NCBI GenBank assembly: GCA_964458615.1
Contig: CAYWJR010000001.1
Span: 24,429-88,428 of the forward strand
Reading direction: 5' to 3'
DNA: 64,000 nt
Origin: an uncultured Alphaproteobacteria bacterium
Lineage (GTDB): Bacteria; Pseudomonadota; Alphaproteobacteria; SHNJ01
Each line of letters begins with the position of its first letter. Position 1 is the first letter of the stretch. Below the pieces are notes generated by a model. The model was not told where the DNA came from, did not search any database, and saw only the letters and a list, made by a program, of their open reading frames with translations. This document shows positions 19,910-29,530 of this stretch, one piece after another. Made by a program: the position numbers and the translations under genes.

Positions 19910-20447
19910 AAGGACGTGCTGGCGGCTGAGACGGTGGTTTTGCCGCCGATGGCTTTGGTGGCGGCGCAACAGTGCTTGTTGCCGTATTCGCAGGCGGTGC
20001 AACCTTTGTTGTTGCACCAGCTGTTGTATTGGATGACGCAGCCGCTGTATTTTGCTTGCCAGGAATTTCGATGGTGATACGCCCTGGCTTATTGTTCGCA
20101 GCTTCGCTTTGCAATCGCAATTTCGTCGCCTCAATTTCTTTTTTCATTTTATGGGCTTTGATACAGGAAACCACGCCTGCTGCGGCCATAATTGGCATTA
20201 CGGCCAAAATTGCCCAACCGACATTAACACCAAACGCCGTCGCGGCGGATGCCGCCTTGCCCAATAAACCTATTTTAACAGCCCCGGCCCCAATTGCCAT
20301 CAGACCCGATAAAACACAGGCGATAACGCCGATTTTCAACGCCTCGAACCGTTCGATTTCCAATGAATCGATTTTTCCGGCGCGGTGCATGCGGTCACCG
20401 GCAATTGCTATGCTGTTACCGCTTAATCGTGGGGAAGGTCTTATCAT
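19902..20447 (-). CDS. Hypothetical membrane protein with Pro/Ala/Thr-rich C-terminal tail.
   Basis: Start at MIRPSPRLSG, because the upstream 23 codons of track ORF 19902..20516 overlap a terminator hairpin. Two predicted TM helices. Confidence 0.4.
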   Translation of the reverse strand: MIRPSPRLSGNSIAIAGDRMHRAGKIDSLEIERFEALKIGVIACVLSGLMAIGAGAVKIGLLGKAASAATAFGVNVGWAILAVMPIMAAAGVVSCIKAHKMKKEIEATKLRLQSEAANNKPGRITIEIPGKQNTAAASSNTTAGATTKVAPPANTATSTVAPPPKPSAAKPPSQPPARPSR

Positions 20448-20488
20448 GGAAAAAATAATAAAACGGCGGCGCCAATAAATCAACCCAC

Positions 20489-20520
20489 TAAAAAACAAAA
20501 AACCGCATAAAATCATGCGG
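20489..20520 (-). terminator. Rho-independent terminator for the upstream minus-strand gene.
   Basis: Hairpin ccgcat-aaaatc-atgcgg, followed on the minus strand by TTTTTTGTTTTT. Confidence 0.5.
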
Positions 20521-20546
20521 TTATTATTAAATTAAAACATATTGGT

Positions 20547-20972
20547 TTAATTCAATTTTTCAGCCGTTTTGCGTAATTCCGGCGGACAATGCCGGTTATT
20601 GCGCACATAATCGTCAATAACATACAGTGAACTGGCGATCCGTTCCAATTGGCTGAATTCATATGGATTTTGTTCATAAAGCCGCGCCGCAACTTCGGTC
20701 ATTAAATGCATCGCCCGCAACCACGCCGTCGCCCTGCGATCCGGGAAAACCGTGTCGATATCGCCTTCTTCTAAACGTTGGTAATTTGCGGTTATCACGC
20801 CCAACAAAGCCTGTGGGTTATGCGACATTTGTTCCAACAATCGCCGGGATTGTTTGTAAATTTCCGTGGCGCCTGGATCAGGCAATGGAATTGCCTTGAA
20901 TTCATTTTTGCCTTGGGCATGCGGCAACGATTCGATTATATCGTGTAAATTCCCTGTCCGGTAAGAACGCAT
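20547..20972 (-). CDS. Hypothetical protein (141 aa).
   Basis: ORF with a terminator downstream. No family recognised. Confidence 0.45.
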   Translation of the reverse strand: MRSYRTGNLHDIIESLPHAQGKNEFKAIPLPDPGATEIYKQSRRLLEQMSHNPQALLGVITANYQRLEEGDIDTVFPDRRATAWLRAMHLMTEVAARLYEQNPYEFSQLERIASSLYVIDDYVRNNRHCPPELRKTAEKLN

Positions 20973-21114
20973 GGGCTTAATTATCCCTAGTTGCTCTGTG
21001 CCGATTGTATTTTTTATTATCCTTTCAGCATGTCATGAAAGGAATAAGAAAAGGTTAATGAAAATTAACTTTTATGGCAATCATCGTGCGGATTTTTAAT
21101 TTAAATACAATGCG

Positions 21115-22458
21115 TTAAATGGCATCCGACATTGATTCGTCACTATCATCGTCTTGTGCGAACAAAGGAAACTTGGCCTTGAACCGCTGCCATTCGCCAT
21201 TATTGATCGACAATTCGAGTTTGCAGCCATCTTCGGTATCTTCGCGGTTCAATATTTGCGCATGGCGGTACAACCAAGCCATCTCCTCGCCCGCCTGCCC
21301 CGGCAATGTGATTGCCTGGCGGCGCATACCTTGGGCCAATTTAGTTTCAATTTGATCGAGCAATGCGCCAATCCCCTCGCCCGTAATGGCGGAAACGGGG
21401 GCAACAAAATCCGATTTTTGCCAATCCGAACGCACGCCGCCCGGATCCAGCAGGTCGATTTTATTCCATACCTCGATCATGCGGGAACGCCAATCCGATT
21501 CTTCGATACCAAGATCGGATAAAACTTTTTCGACATCGGATTTTTGCGCGTCGGTTTCTTCGGACGATAAATCGCGCACATGCAATATCAAATCCGCTTG
21601 GCGCACTTCTTCGAGTGTCGCGCGAAACGCCGCCACCAATTGTGTCGGCAAATCCGATATAAAACCGACCGTATCGGACAACAAAATTTTTCTGCCCGAC
21701 GGCAATTTCAATGGGCGGATTGTCGGATCCAAAGTCGCGAACAACATGTCCTTGGCCAACACCTGCGCATTCGTCAGATGGTTGAACAATGTCGATTTCC
21801 CGGCGTTGGTGTAACCGACCAGGGCGACCATGGGAATGTCGTTGCGCTGCCTGGATTTACGTTGCAATGCCCGCGTACGCACAACGCCGTCCAATTCGAT
21901 TTTGATTTTTTCGATTCTCGCCTCCAGCATGCGGCGATCCAATTCCAATTGTTTTTCACCGGGGCCGCCCAAAAATCCGCGTCCGCCGCGTTGCCGTTCC
22001 AAGTGCGTCCATGATCTGACCAAACGGCTGCGTTGGAATGTCAATGCCGCCAATTCCACCTGCAACCGGCCTTCGTGCGTTTGCGCGCGGGCGCCGAAAA
22101 TTTCCAAAATCATGCCGGTGCGGTCGATGACTTTTACTTTGCAGGCGTTTTCCAAATTGCGCTGTTGCCCGGGCGTCAATGCCGCATCGACAAACAACAA
22201 TTGCACTTTGTTGTTGGTTAAATAGGATTTTAATTCGTCCGCTTTGCCCGAACCGATATAAGTTGCCGGGGAAATTTTCGACAATGCGGTGACTTCGGAT
22301 CCAAATATTTCCAGATCAATCGCTTCGGCCAATCCAACCGCCTCGGCCAAACTGGATTCGGCCGAACGGGGCGATGCAAACCGATCCGTTTTCAGAATCG
22401 GATGCAACACAAAGACCTTCGTTGGCTGAAGATCGTTCATCAACGTTGGATCAGTCAT
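21115..22458 (-). CDS. hflX: GTPase HflX.
   Basis: G-domain motifs GYTNAGKST, DTVGF, NKID. N-terminal HflX domain. Directly downstream of hfq. Confidence 0.9.
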   Translation of the reverse strand: MTDPTLMNDLQPTKVFVLHPILKTDRFASPRSAESSLAEAVGLAEAIDLEIFGSEVTALSKISPATYIGSGKADELKSYLTNNKVQLLFVDAALTPGQQRNLENACKVKVIDRTGMILEIFGARAQTHEGRLQVELAALTFQRSRLVRSWTHLERQRGGRGFLGGPGEKQLELDRRMLEARIEKIKIELDGVVRTRALQRKSRQRNDIPMVALVGYTNAGKSTLFNHLTNAQVLAKDMLFATLDPTIRPLKLPSGRKILLSDTVGFISDLPTQLVAAFRATLEEVRQADLILHVRDLSSEETDAQKSDVEKVLSDLGIEESDWRSRMIEVWNKIDLLDPGGVRSDWQKSDFVAPVSAITGEGIGALLDQIETKLAQGMRRQAITLPGQAGEEMAWLYRHAQILNREDTEDGCKLELSINNGEWQRFKAKFPLFAQDDDSDESMSDAI

Positions 22459-22477
22459 ATATGGCTATGGCAGGCAA

Positions 22478-22762
22478 TTACGGTTTTACAGCCGCATCCA
22501 AAGTAGCGCCGGCTTCGATCGTTTCGTTTTCTTTCGGATCGTACAGCGATACAGGGCCGCCAGGCATAATGGTCGAAATGGCATGTTTGTATACCAATTG
22601 CGACATCGCATCCCGGCGCAGAAGGACGCAAAAATTATCAAACCAAGTTACGATTCCCTGTAATTTGACGCCGTTGACCAAAAATACGGTCACGGGCACT
22701 TTTTGTTTCCGGATGTTATTTAAAAATACATCTTGAACATTTTGGTTTTTTTCTTGGGCCAT
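22478..22762 (-). CDS. hfq: RNA chaperone Hfq.
   Basis: Sm1/Sm2 motifs: [27 protein letters not shown]...[11 protein letters not shown]. Confidence 0.95.
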   Translation of the reverse strand: MAQEKNQNVQDVFLNNIRKQKVPVTVFLVNGVKLQGIVTWFDNFCVLLRRDAMSQLVYKHAISTIMPGGPVSLYDPKENETIEAGATLDAAVKP

Positions 22763-22923
22763 GTAATTTTCTCTTTATTTTATTGAAATGACCAGTATGG
22801 ACGGACAACTACATAATCTAATTAATAGGTAATGTAAATAACCAATATCAACCAGGAATTGTAATATTATAACAAGTTAAAAAAATTTAAGCAAAGGCAA
22901 AAAATATGCAGCAACAAACTGGT

Positions 22924-24183
22924 TTAACGGGAATCTCTAGCCCCCCTTAATCGCATAAGTTGCACCACATTGTCGTAAAAGAACGATACGGCAATACCAG
23001 TCATTAGCCACATTGTGAATCCCATGGGATAATTAGACTTGTTGGTATTGATGGTTAAAGCGGATGCAATAGTCGCTGAGAAAGCGGTAACAAAAGCGCT
23101 ACTCCCTACCCCCAACCATGTAGCCATCACAGAAGGCGGATTCATAGCAAGGTCTAATTCAACAGGATCCGGAAGTTCGTATTTTACCGCTGTGCTAGAA
23201 CCTGTATTGGCGGGTTGATATTCCACGGTTGGCACTGGCTTGGGTTGTGGCTGCGGAATGTTGCGTGGATTGGGTGTTACACTCGGTCTGCCATTTTTGC
23301 CCCTGGGTTGACGAGGCGCGAATTTTCCGCTGCCTGCGCAGCGCACCGTAATTTGCGCAGTCGCAGTTTCGGTTTCAACCAAATCCGTATGAATTCGATC
23401 AGCCAGTTTATGTAATTTTCCGTCTTCCGACGCCGGTACAATTTGTGAAATATGCGATTGAATTAAACGGCTAACTTGCGCCTTGCCTTGAACAGAAAAA
23501 GGAATTGCGAAATAATTACGCATCCCATTATGGCCTAATGGCGGACAATTTTCCTCTATCTTCCACAAACGGCATAAAAACAACAAATCATTTTTGAAAT
23601 CCGGATTTTTATTTAACAAACTTTGCAACCGCTCTGCTGCTTGGGATTCGCTTTTAATCCCGTAAAAATTTACGGCAACCTGCGCAAGACGCAAACTCAA
23701 CGCCTTTCTTTGCGGAAATTCCAGTAATTCTAAATAGGAATTTGGCAAAACATAATCGCGCTTGTTAATTCTGTCATTATTCGAATCCGCGATTGCGGCA
23801 GTGCCCGAATTCACACCCTGTTCCGATTTTGCCTTATAGGAAGGATGCAGAGTAAATGACCCGCGCATGGCATCGGTAACAAACCCTTGCGATACCAATG
23901 TGCTGGCTATTTTGCGAACCGCTTGGGGGTCCAATTTCGTGTTGGCTGCCGACGAAACAGGGCTGCTAAACATAACCACAACCGGATCATGACCCCGGTT
24001 TGCAAAAGAAATTTTTCCGCCATGCGCGGTATCTTCTGCAGCAAGGCCAAAAAAATCCAACGCGATTGCCAGTTCCGATACGGTAAAATCCAGCGGTACC
24101 GGTTTATGGAAAAGCCTCTCCAGTGCGGAAATTTGCTTGCGGTTTAAATTGACAGTCCGATTTACTGTTGCCGTTTTACTCAT
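22924..24183 (-). CDS. Hypothetical protein (419 aa) with two C-terminal TM helices; lineage-specific insertion.
   Basis: No recognisable domain. Pro-rich segment (PNPRNIPQPQPKPVPT). Flanked by AT-rich spacers (22763..22923, 24184..24295). Occupies the slot between ntrX and hfq where trkA usually sits in alphaproteobacteria. Confidence 0.5.
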   Translation of the reverse strand: MSKTATVNRTVNLNRKQISALERLFHKPVPLDFTVSELAIALDFFGLAAEDTAHGGKISFANRGHDPVVVMFSSPVSSAANTKLDPQAVRKIASTLVSQGFVTDAMRGSFTLHPSYKAKSEQGVNSGTAAIADSNNDRINKRDYVLPNSYLELLEFPQRKALSLRLAQVAVNFYGIKSESQAAERLQSLLNKNPDFKNDLLFLCRLWKIEENCPPLGHNGMRNYFAIPFSVQGKAQVSRLIQSHISQIVPASEDGKLHKLADRIHTDLVETETATAQITVRCAGSGKFAPRQPRGKNGRPSVTPNPRNIPQPQPKPVPTVEYQPANTGSSTAVKYELPDPVELDLAMNPPSVMATWLGVGSSAFVTAFSATIASALTINTNKSNYPMGFTMWLMTGIAVSFFYDNVVQLMRLRGARDSR

Positions 24184-24295
24184 ACCCTTGCCTTTTATTT
24201 ATGTTTTTTGGCAAAGTATCTATACAGCACACAAACGTCAAGACCCATTCTGTTAAGAATGGGTCCTAAACATTTGTAATATAATTATATTAAAC

Positions 24296-25786
24296 TTAGC
24301 TCGCTTGCGCCTTCGTCTCCGGCAACAACTCCCCCGCTTCGTTCGCGGCTCCGGATGTGTTGACACCAAGCGACTTCAACTTGCGGTGCAAGGCCGAACG
24401 TTCCATCCCGATAAAGGCCGCCGTGCGGGAAATATTGCCGCCAAAACGCGTGACTTGCGCCAACAAATATTCGCGTTCGAATACTTCGCGCGCATCCCGC
24501 AACGGCAATGTCATAATTTCAGCCGAGCGATCATGACGCATAATATCCGGCGTTGCCTGGGAAATGTCTGGTGGCAATAAATCCGCGCCGATCGGTTCCG
24601 ATGTCGCGCCGCCAGCCATGATCAAAACCCATTCAATCACGTTACGCAATTGGCGAACGTTGCCCGGCCAATCATAGGCCTGCAATGCCGCCAATGCATC
24701 GTCCGACAAACGGCGGGATGGCAAACCGGATGTTTCAGCCGCCCGTTCCATAAACGCCTTGGCAAGATCCGGAATATCCTCGCGCCGCAACGACAATGGA
24801 GGCACCTGAATCGGCACGACATTCAAACGGTAATACAAATCCTGGCGGAAACGGCCCTGCGCCATCAAATCCTGCAAATTGCGGTTGGTCGACGCAATCA
24901 CCCGTAAATCGACGCGGATCGGCGTATTGCCGCCGACGCGTTGGAACGTTTGATCCTGTAGCGCGCGGACGATTTTGCCTTGGGTTTCCAGCGGCATATC
25001 GGCTACTTCGTCTAAAAACAACGTGCCGGAATGCGCCATTTCTAAAACGCCGACTTTGCGGCTGACCTGGCCGGTTTCGGAATCTTTGCGGACTTCGGAA
25101 CCGAACAATTCGACTTCCAATCTGTCGGGACGCATCGTTGCGCAATTCAAAGCCACAAATGGCCCTGTGGCGCGGCGCGATTTTTGATGCAACATGCGCG
25201 CAACGACTTCTTTACCGGACCCGGCGGGGCCAGTGATCAACACACGGCTGTTGGTTGGGGCAACGCGTTCGATCGTTTGGCGAACCGTTTGAATAGTTTG
25301 TGATTTACCGGTTAATTCCGATTCCTTGGTATTATACTGGCGCAATTCTTCGATTTCACGGGTCATTTGCGCCGCCTGCAAGGCGTTGCGCACAACCAAC
25401 GACAAACGATCGGAATTGAACGGTTTGGAAATGAAATCATATGCGCCGATTTTTGTCGAACGAACCGCAGCTTCAATCGATCCATGCCCGGAAATCATCA
25501 CCGCAGGCAATGTAGGGTGTTCGCGTTTAATTTGTTCCAGCAATTGAATACCGTCCAATTTGCTGCCCTGAAGCCAAATATCCAAAATAACCAAAGACGG
25601 GCGTTTTTCACGAATCGCCTTGATCGCGTCGGTGTCGGTGCCAACGGTTCTGACGATATATTTTTTGTCTTTCTCGTCTTCAAGAACGCCCTTGATGCTT
25701 TCGCGAATATCCGCTTCGTCATCCACCACCAAAATATCGGGTTGAATGCCGGAATTGTCGTTTACGAATTCTAAATCGTCGCTCAT
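24296..25786 (-). CDS. ntrX: Sigma-54-dependent response regulator NtrX (REC, AAA+, Fis-type HTH).
   Basis: Receiver (ILVVDDEADIRE...LDIWL). AAA+ with Walker A GPAGSGKE and the sigma-54 interaction region. C-terminal HTH (GNISRTAAFIGMERSALHRKLKSLGV). Confidence 0.85.
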   Translation of the reverse strand: MSDDLEFVNDNSGIQPDILVVDDEADIRESIKGVLEDEKDKKYIVRTVGTDTDAIKAIREKRPSLVILDIWLQGSKLDGIQLLEQIKREHPTLPAVMISGHGSIEAAVRSTKIGAYDFISKPFNSDRLSLVVRNALQAAQMTREIEELRQYNTKESELTGKSQTIQTVRQTIERVAPTNSRVLITGPAGSGKEVVARMLHQKSRRATGPFVALNCATMRPDRLEVELFGSEVRKDSETGQVSRKVGVLEMAHSGTLFLDEVADMPLETQGKIVRALQDQTFQRVGGNTPIRVDLRVIASTNRNLQDLMAQGRFRQDLYYRLNVVPIQVPPLSLRREDIPDLAKAFMERAAETSGLPSRRLSDDALAALQAYDWPGNVRQLRNVIEWVLIMAGGATSEPIGADLLPPDISQATPDIMRHDRSAEIMTLPLRDAREVFEREYLLAQVTRFGGNISRTAAFIGMERSALHRKLKSLGVNTSGAANEAGELLPETKAQAS

Positions 25787-25877
25787 GATTCACCACCTTG
25801 GGTCTGATCGTTCACATTAAGAAACGTTAATCTTTATAAAGCTTAATAGAGTTTAACGGTCTTACTTACTGTGTCTT

Positions 25878-28061
25878 TTACGCCGCGTCGGCGTGATTTT
25901 CTTGTCCTAAATTTACACCCTGTTGTGCAAAGAACACAAGAGTAACTTTTGCACCACCTGAAATACTATCCCCAAGAAATAATTCGCCATGATGGTCTTC
26001 GACGATTTTTTTTACGATCGCCAAACCCAATCCGGTTCCTTTGGCGCGCGTTGTAACATACGGTTCAATCAAGCGTTCCCGGCCTTCTTTGGGGAAACCT
26101 TTGCCGTTGTCCGACACGATCAATGTGGTTTTATTTTCATCCGCCAAAATTTCGATATTTATTTTACCAGGTTCAGGCGAAACATTATCCACAGAATCTT
26201 TTGCCTCGATTGCTTCGGCGGCATTCTTCAAAAGATTGTTCAACGCCTGGCGCATCAAACTGGCATCGCAAACCAACTGCGCGCTGGATAAATCATGCGC
26301 ATCGACTTGGAATTGAATATTTTGATGCGCATTTTTTTGCAACAGCACCGAATCGCGTATAATCGCCAGCAGATTTTCCGATTTCATAACCGGGGTAGGC
26401 ATGCGCGCAAAAGACGAAAATTCGTCCAGCATACGCCCCAAATCTTCGACATGGCGAACGATGGTATCGGTGCAACTGACGAATGTTTCCGGGTCTTCGG
26501 CAATCTGCTTTAAATACTTGCGTTTTAACCGTTCCGCCGACAATTGGATCGGCGTCAATGGGTTGCGGATTTCATGCGCCAAACGCCGCGCCACATCCGC
26601 CCAAGCCGAGCTACGCTGTGCGATCAGCAATTGGGTAATATCGTCGAATGTCACGACCATGCCGCGAATGTCGTTTTCCGCCGTATCCATGCTGACACGC
26701 AACAATAACGTTCTGGTTTGACCGTCGTCCAGCGTCAGTTGAATTTGTTTTTCAAACGGCTTGTCGCGCCTTGTATTGTGCAAAACGCTTTCCAACGCTT
26801 CGTCCCATTCCGGCAAAACCAAACTTAGATTTTCGCCGATGTTTTTTTCAAGATCTACGTTCAACAATTCCGATGCGCGTTTATTCGGATATTGAATCCG
26901 CCCTTCGGAATCAAGACCGATCACCCCGGCGCTGACGCCGGATAAAACGACTTCGGTAAAACGGCGGCGCGCGTCGATTTGCCGGTTCGCTTCGATCAAC
27001 TCTCGGCGCTGTGTATCCAATTGATTGGTCATGCGGTTAAACGCCTTGGACAACAAACCGATTTCGTTGCTGCCCGGGGTTGGTTCCACCCGGACCGATA
27101 AATCGCCGGCCGCCACGCGTTCCGAAGCTTCGATCAAATCGCCCACGGGTTTGACCAATTTATTGGCGATATTCAATCCAACGCCGATCGCGCCGAATAA
27201 TAACAATAATGCGACCACCAAATAAATAATGGCGAATAATGCCTGCAAATCGTTGCGTTGGCCCGATAATTGTTCGAACGATTCGGCCGCTTCGCGGGTT
27301 TTTTCCATATGGCTAAGCACTGCGGAATCGATCAATCGCCCGACATACAAATACGCGCCAGGAATATTTTCCAATCGTACGATAGCGCGAACGCGGTCTT
27401 CGGTGTCATTGGTGAAAATCGCGACATCGCCCTGCTCCGCCTTGTCGATTATGTCTTTTGGAATGGGTTCGAATTCCAGGGAAAAAGTCAACGAAGACCG
27501 GGCATATACCCGGCCATTCGGATCGAATACAATCGCTTCGGCCAACGAACGCAACGCCGCGTGCGTTTCCAGAAATTTATTGAAAAAGGCCGTGTCGCCC
27601 AACAATTCGGTCGCCTCGCGGTTGATGTCGCCAGCCATGGTTTGAATATCCGCGCGAATGACTTCTTGGTGTTCGCGCAAATACGCCTCGGCCACGCTGC
27701 GCGATTCCAAAAGCGCGGTGTTGACTCTTTCGCTGAACCAGGCTTCGACGCCAAGATTGAAAAACACGGCGGAAAATCCAGCGACAAAAATTGTCGGCAC
27801 GACCGCAAGAAATCCAAGCAGCACCACAAGACGGGTGTGCAAACGCGATCCGGCCGGGTTGCGGCGGCGCGCCACCATCAATGTGGCAAGGCCGCGATAA
27901 ACGAAAAATCCAAGCACCAACAATATGCCCGCATTGATGGTCATCAATACTTTTACTTTGTATGGGTCCGGGCCATATGGCGGATTGCTGGTCAATGTGA
28001 CATAGGTCAAAACGCCGCTGGCCAGGGCTGCGAACGCGACGATCCAGCTTAGTTTGCGCAT
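25878..28061 (-). CDS. ntrY: Sensor histidine kinase NtrY (TM, HAMP, PAS, HisKA, HATPase).
   Basis: N-terminal TM helices. H-box LAHEIRNPLTPIQLSAERL. N/G boxes (NLLKNAAEA, DNGKGFP, GTGLGLAIVKKIVEDHHG). Start placed at MRKLSW (28061); 28124 is possible. Confidence 0.85.
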   Translation of the reverse strand: MRKLSWIVAFAALASGVLTYVTLTSNPPYGPDPYKVKVLMTINAGILLVLGFFVYRGLATLMVARRRNPAGSRLHTRLVVLLGFLAVVPTIFVAGFSAVFFNLGVEAWFSERVNTALLESRSVAEAYLREHQEVIRADIQTMAGDINREATELLGDTAFFNKFLETHAALRSLAEAIVFDPNGRVYARSSLTFSLEFEPIPKDIIDKAEQGDVAIFTNDTEDRVRAIVRLENIPGAYLYVGRLIDSAVLSHMEKTREAAESFEQLSGQRNDLQALFAIIYLVVALLLLFGAIGVGLNIANKLVKPVGDLIEASERVAAGDLSVRVEPTPGSNEIGLLSKAFNRMTNQLDTQRRELIEANRQIDARRRFTEVVLSGVSAGVIGLDSEGRIQYPNKRASELLNVDLEKNIGENLSLVLPEWDEALESVLHNTRRDKPFEKQIQLTLDDGQTRTLLLRVSMDTAENDIRGMVVTFDDITQLLIAQRSSAWADVARRLAHEIRNPLTPIQLSAERLKRKYLKQIAEDPETFVSCTDTIVRHVEDLGRMLDEFSSFARMPTPVMKSENLLAIIRDSVLLQKNAHQNIQFQVDAHDLSSAQLVCDASLMRQALNNLLKNAAEAIEAKDSVDNVSPEPGKINIEILADENKTTLIVSDNGKGFPKEGRERLIEPYVTTRAKGTGLGLAIVKKIVEDHHGELFLGDSISGGAKVTLVFFAQQGVNLGQENHADAA

Positions 28062-28110
28062 GACGTTATTGCGGCGTACCCACAATAAAAAGGACAGGAA
28101 GGAGGATGTT

Positions 28111-28428
28111 TTATGAATGGCCATGGTTTTTCTTTCTGACCGGAATGTTTAAAGCTTTGATCTTTTTGTGCAAGGTGTTGCGATTGATCCCAAGCATTTT
28201 TGCGGCGCGAATCCGGTTGCCGCGGCATTCCCGCAACGCATACATAATCAGCGGGCGTTCCACCTGCTGGATAACTTGGTCATAAAGCCCGCCATTTTCC
28301 GCCGGCGTGTTTTGATTGCTGGCGCCGCGCACGAAAAATTCAATCATGTCCCGCCATTCGTTTTGGTGCAGGGATTTTATCCCGTCATCGGATTCTATCG
28401 CCATCGCAACGGTGCTGTCTTGGGTCAT
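28111..28428 (-). CDS. Small Fis-family DNA-binding protein (105 aa; Fis/NtrC-C-terminal-type HTH).
   Basis: C-terminus LYDQVIQQVERPLIMYALRECRGNRIRAAKMLGINRNTLHKKIKALNI aligns with Fis ([47 protein letters not shown]) and the NtrC C-terminus. The ATG overlaps the dusB stop as TAATG. The upstream 43 codons of track ORF 28111..28557 lie inside dusB and are rejected. Confidence 0.6.
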   Translation of the reverse strand: MTQDSTVAMAIESDDGIKSLHQNEWRDMIEFFVRGASNQNTPAENGGLYDQVIQQVERPLIMYALRECRGNRIRAAKMLGINRNTLHKKIKALNIPVRKKNHGHS

Positions 28429-29456
28429 TATGCGGCCTGTTTGGACAATAACGGTTCGAAGAAATCGTCGATCATTTGCAATACCGCGTCCGGATCGGCC
28501 GACACATTCACCTTTGCCCGGAAATCGGCGGAATCGGGCAATCCCTTGCTGTACCATCCCAAATGTTTGCGCGCGATTTTCAATCCCGTGCCGATGCCGT
28601 AATGCGACAACATATCCTGATAATGGGTTTTAATAATCGCATATTTTTCATGCAATGGCGGATCGGGCAGTTTTTCGCCAGTTCGCCAATAATGAATGAC
28701 CTGATTTAAAAACCATGGCCGCCCATACGCCCCCCGCCCGATCATAACGCCGTCCGCCCCCGACGCATTCAATGCATTGTCGACATCGTCGAACGTGCAA
28801 ATATCGCCGTTGGCGATGACCGGCAATTTGGTCGCGCTTTTGACGGTTTGAATAAATGGCCAGTTTGCCTCGCCATTATAAAATTGGCATCGCGTGCGGC
28901 CATGCACGGTTATCATTTTAATCCCGGACTCTTCGGCGATTTTTGCGAATTTGGGCGCATTCAAATTGGTATCGTCCCAACCCATGCGCATTTTCATCGT
29001 CACCGGCAATTTCACCGCCCGCACGGTTTCTTCCATAATTTTACCGGCCAAAACTTCGTCGCGCATCAAATGGGATCCGGCATATCCATTAACCACTTTT
29101 TTCGCCGGGCAACCGAAATTAATATCGATAATCGCCGCGCCCGAATCCTCGTTCAATTTGGCGGCATCGGCCATCACATCCGGTTCGCACCCCGCCAATT
29201 GAACGGACATCGGAAATTCTTCGGGCAGATTTTTTGCCATCAATTGCGATTTGCGGCATTCGCGGATCATCGCCTGGCTGGCGATCATTTCCGATACCAC
29301 AAGCCCCGCACCCTGGCGTTTTACCAATTTACGGAATGGCAGATCGGTAACGCCCGACATCGGCGCCAAAATGACCGGATTCGAAATTTGAACCGATCCT
29401 ATGTTGAACCCAGGTAATTTCGTGCCCGGATTGATATTGTTGGTTTTTTCAGTCAT
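28428..29456 (-). CDS. dusB: tRNA-dihydrouridine synthase B (NifR3 family).
   Basis: TIM-barrel Dus motifs (LAPMSGVTDLPFR, DINFGCPAKKV with the catalytic Cys, MITVHGRTR). Confidence 0.9.
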   Translation of the reverse strand: MTEKTNNINPGTKLPGFNIGSVQISNPVILAPMSGVTDLPFRKLVKRQGAGLVVSEMIASQAMIRECRKSQLMAKNLPEEFPMSVQLAGCEPDVMADAAKLNEDSGAAIIDINFGCPAKKVVNGYAGSHLMRDEVLAGKIMEETVRAVKLPVTMKMRMGWDDTNLNAPKFAKIAEESGIKMITVHGRTRCQFYNGEANWPFIQTVKSATKLPVIANGDICTFDDVDNALNASGADGVMIGRGAYGRPWFLNQVIHYWRTGEKLPDPPLHEKYAIIKTHYQDMLSHYGIGTGLKIARKHLGWYSKGLPDSADFRAKVNVSADPDAVLQMIDDFFEPLLSKQAA

Positions 29457-29530
29457 TAATTGCCCAATTTTTAGGCATAATAGATAATTATCGTTTATTT
29501 TGCAAGCATTTATGGTAAACCCCTAAATCT

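Noticed and set aside
21021-21044. Inverted repeat cctttca-gcatgtca-tgaaagg below hflX, considered as a terminator.
   Set aside because: It has no T-run on the minus strand after the hairpin; the T-run precedes it on the plus strand. It sits in the promoter region of the next minus-strand gene, so it is not a convincing intrinsic terminator.
27270-28052. 260-aa plus-strand ORF antisense to ntrY, and similar long ORFs at 25367..25774, 24735..25145, 26401..26721.
   Set aside because: Arg/Gln/His-rich antisense frames of a well-supported gene, with no motifs. This is a typical shadow ORF in moderately GC-rich coding DNA.
28429-28557. Upstream 43 codons of ORF 28111..28557. The initial reading was an 'ntrC pseudogene fragment'.
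   Set aside because: This part lies inside dusB in another frame. The in-frame ATG at 28428 overlaps the dusB stop (TAATG), and the 105-aa product is a complete Fis-like HTH protein. I therefore annotate it as a small CDS. The remnant-of-ntrC scenario stays as an alternative in the finding.
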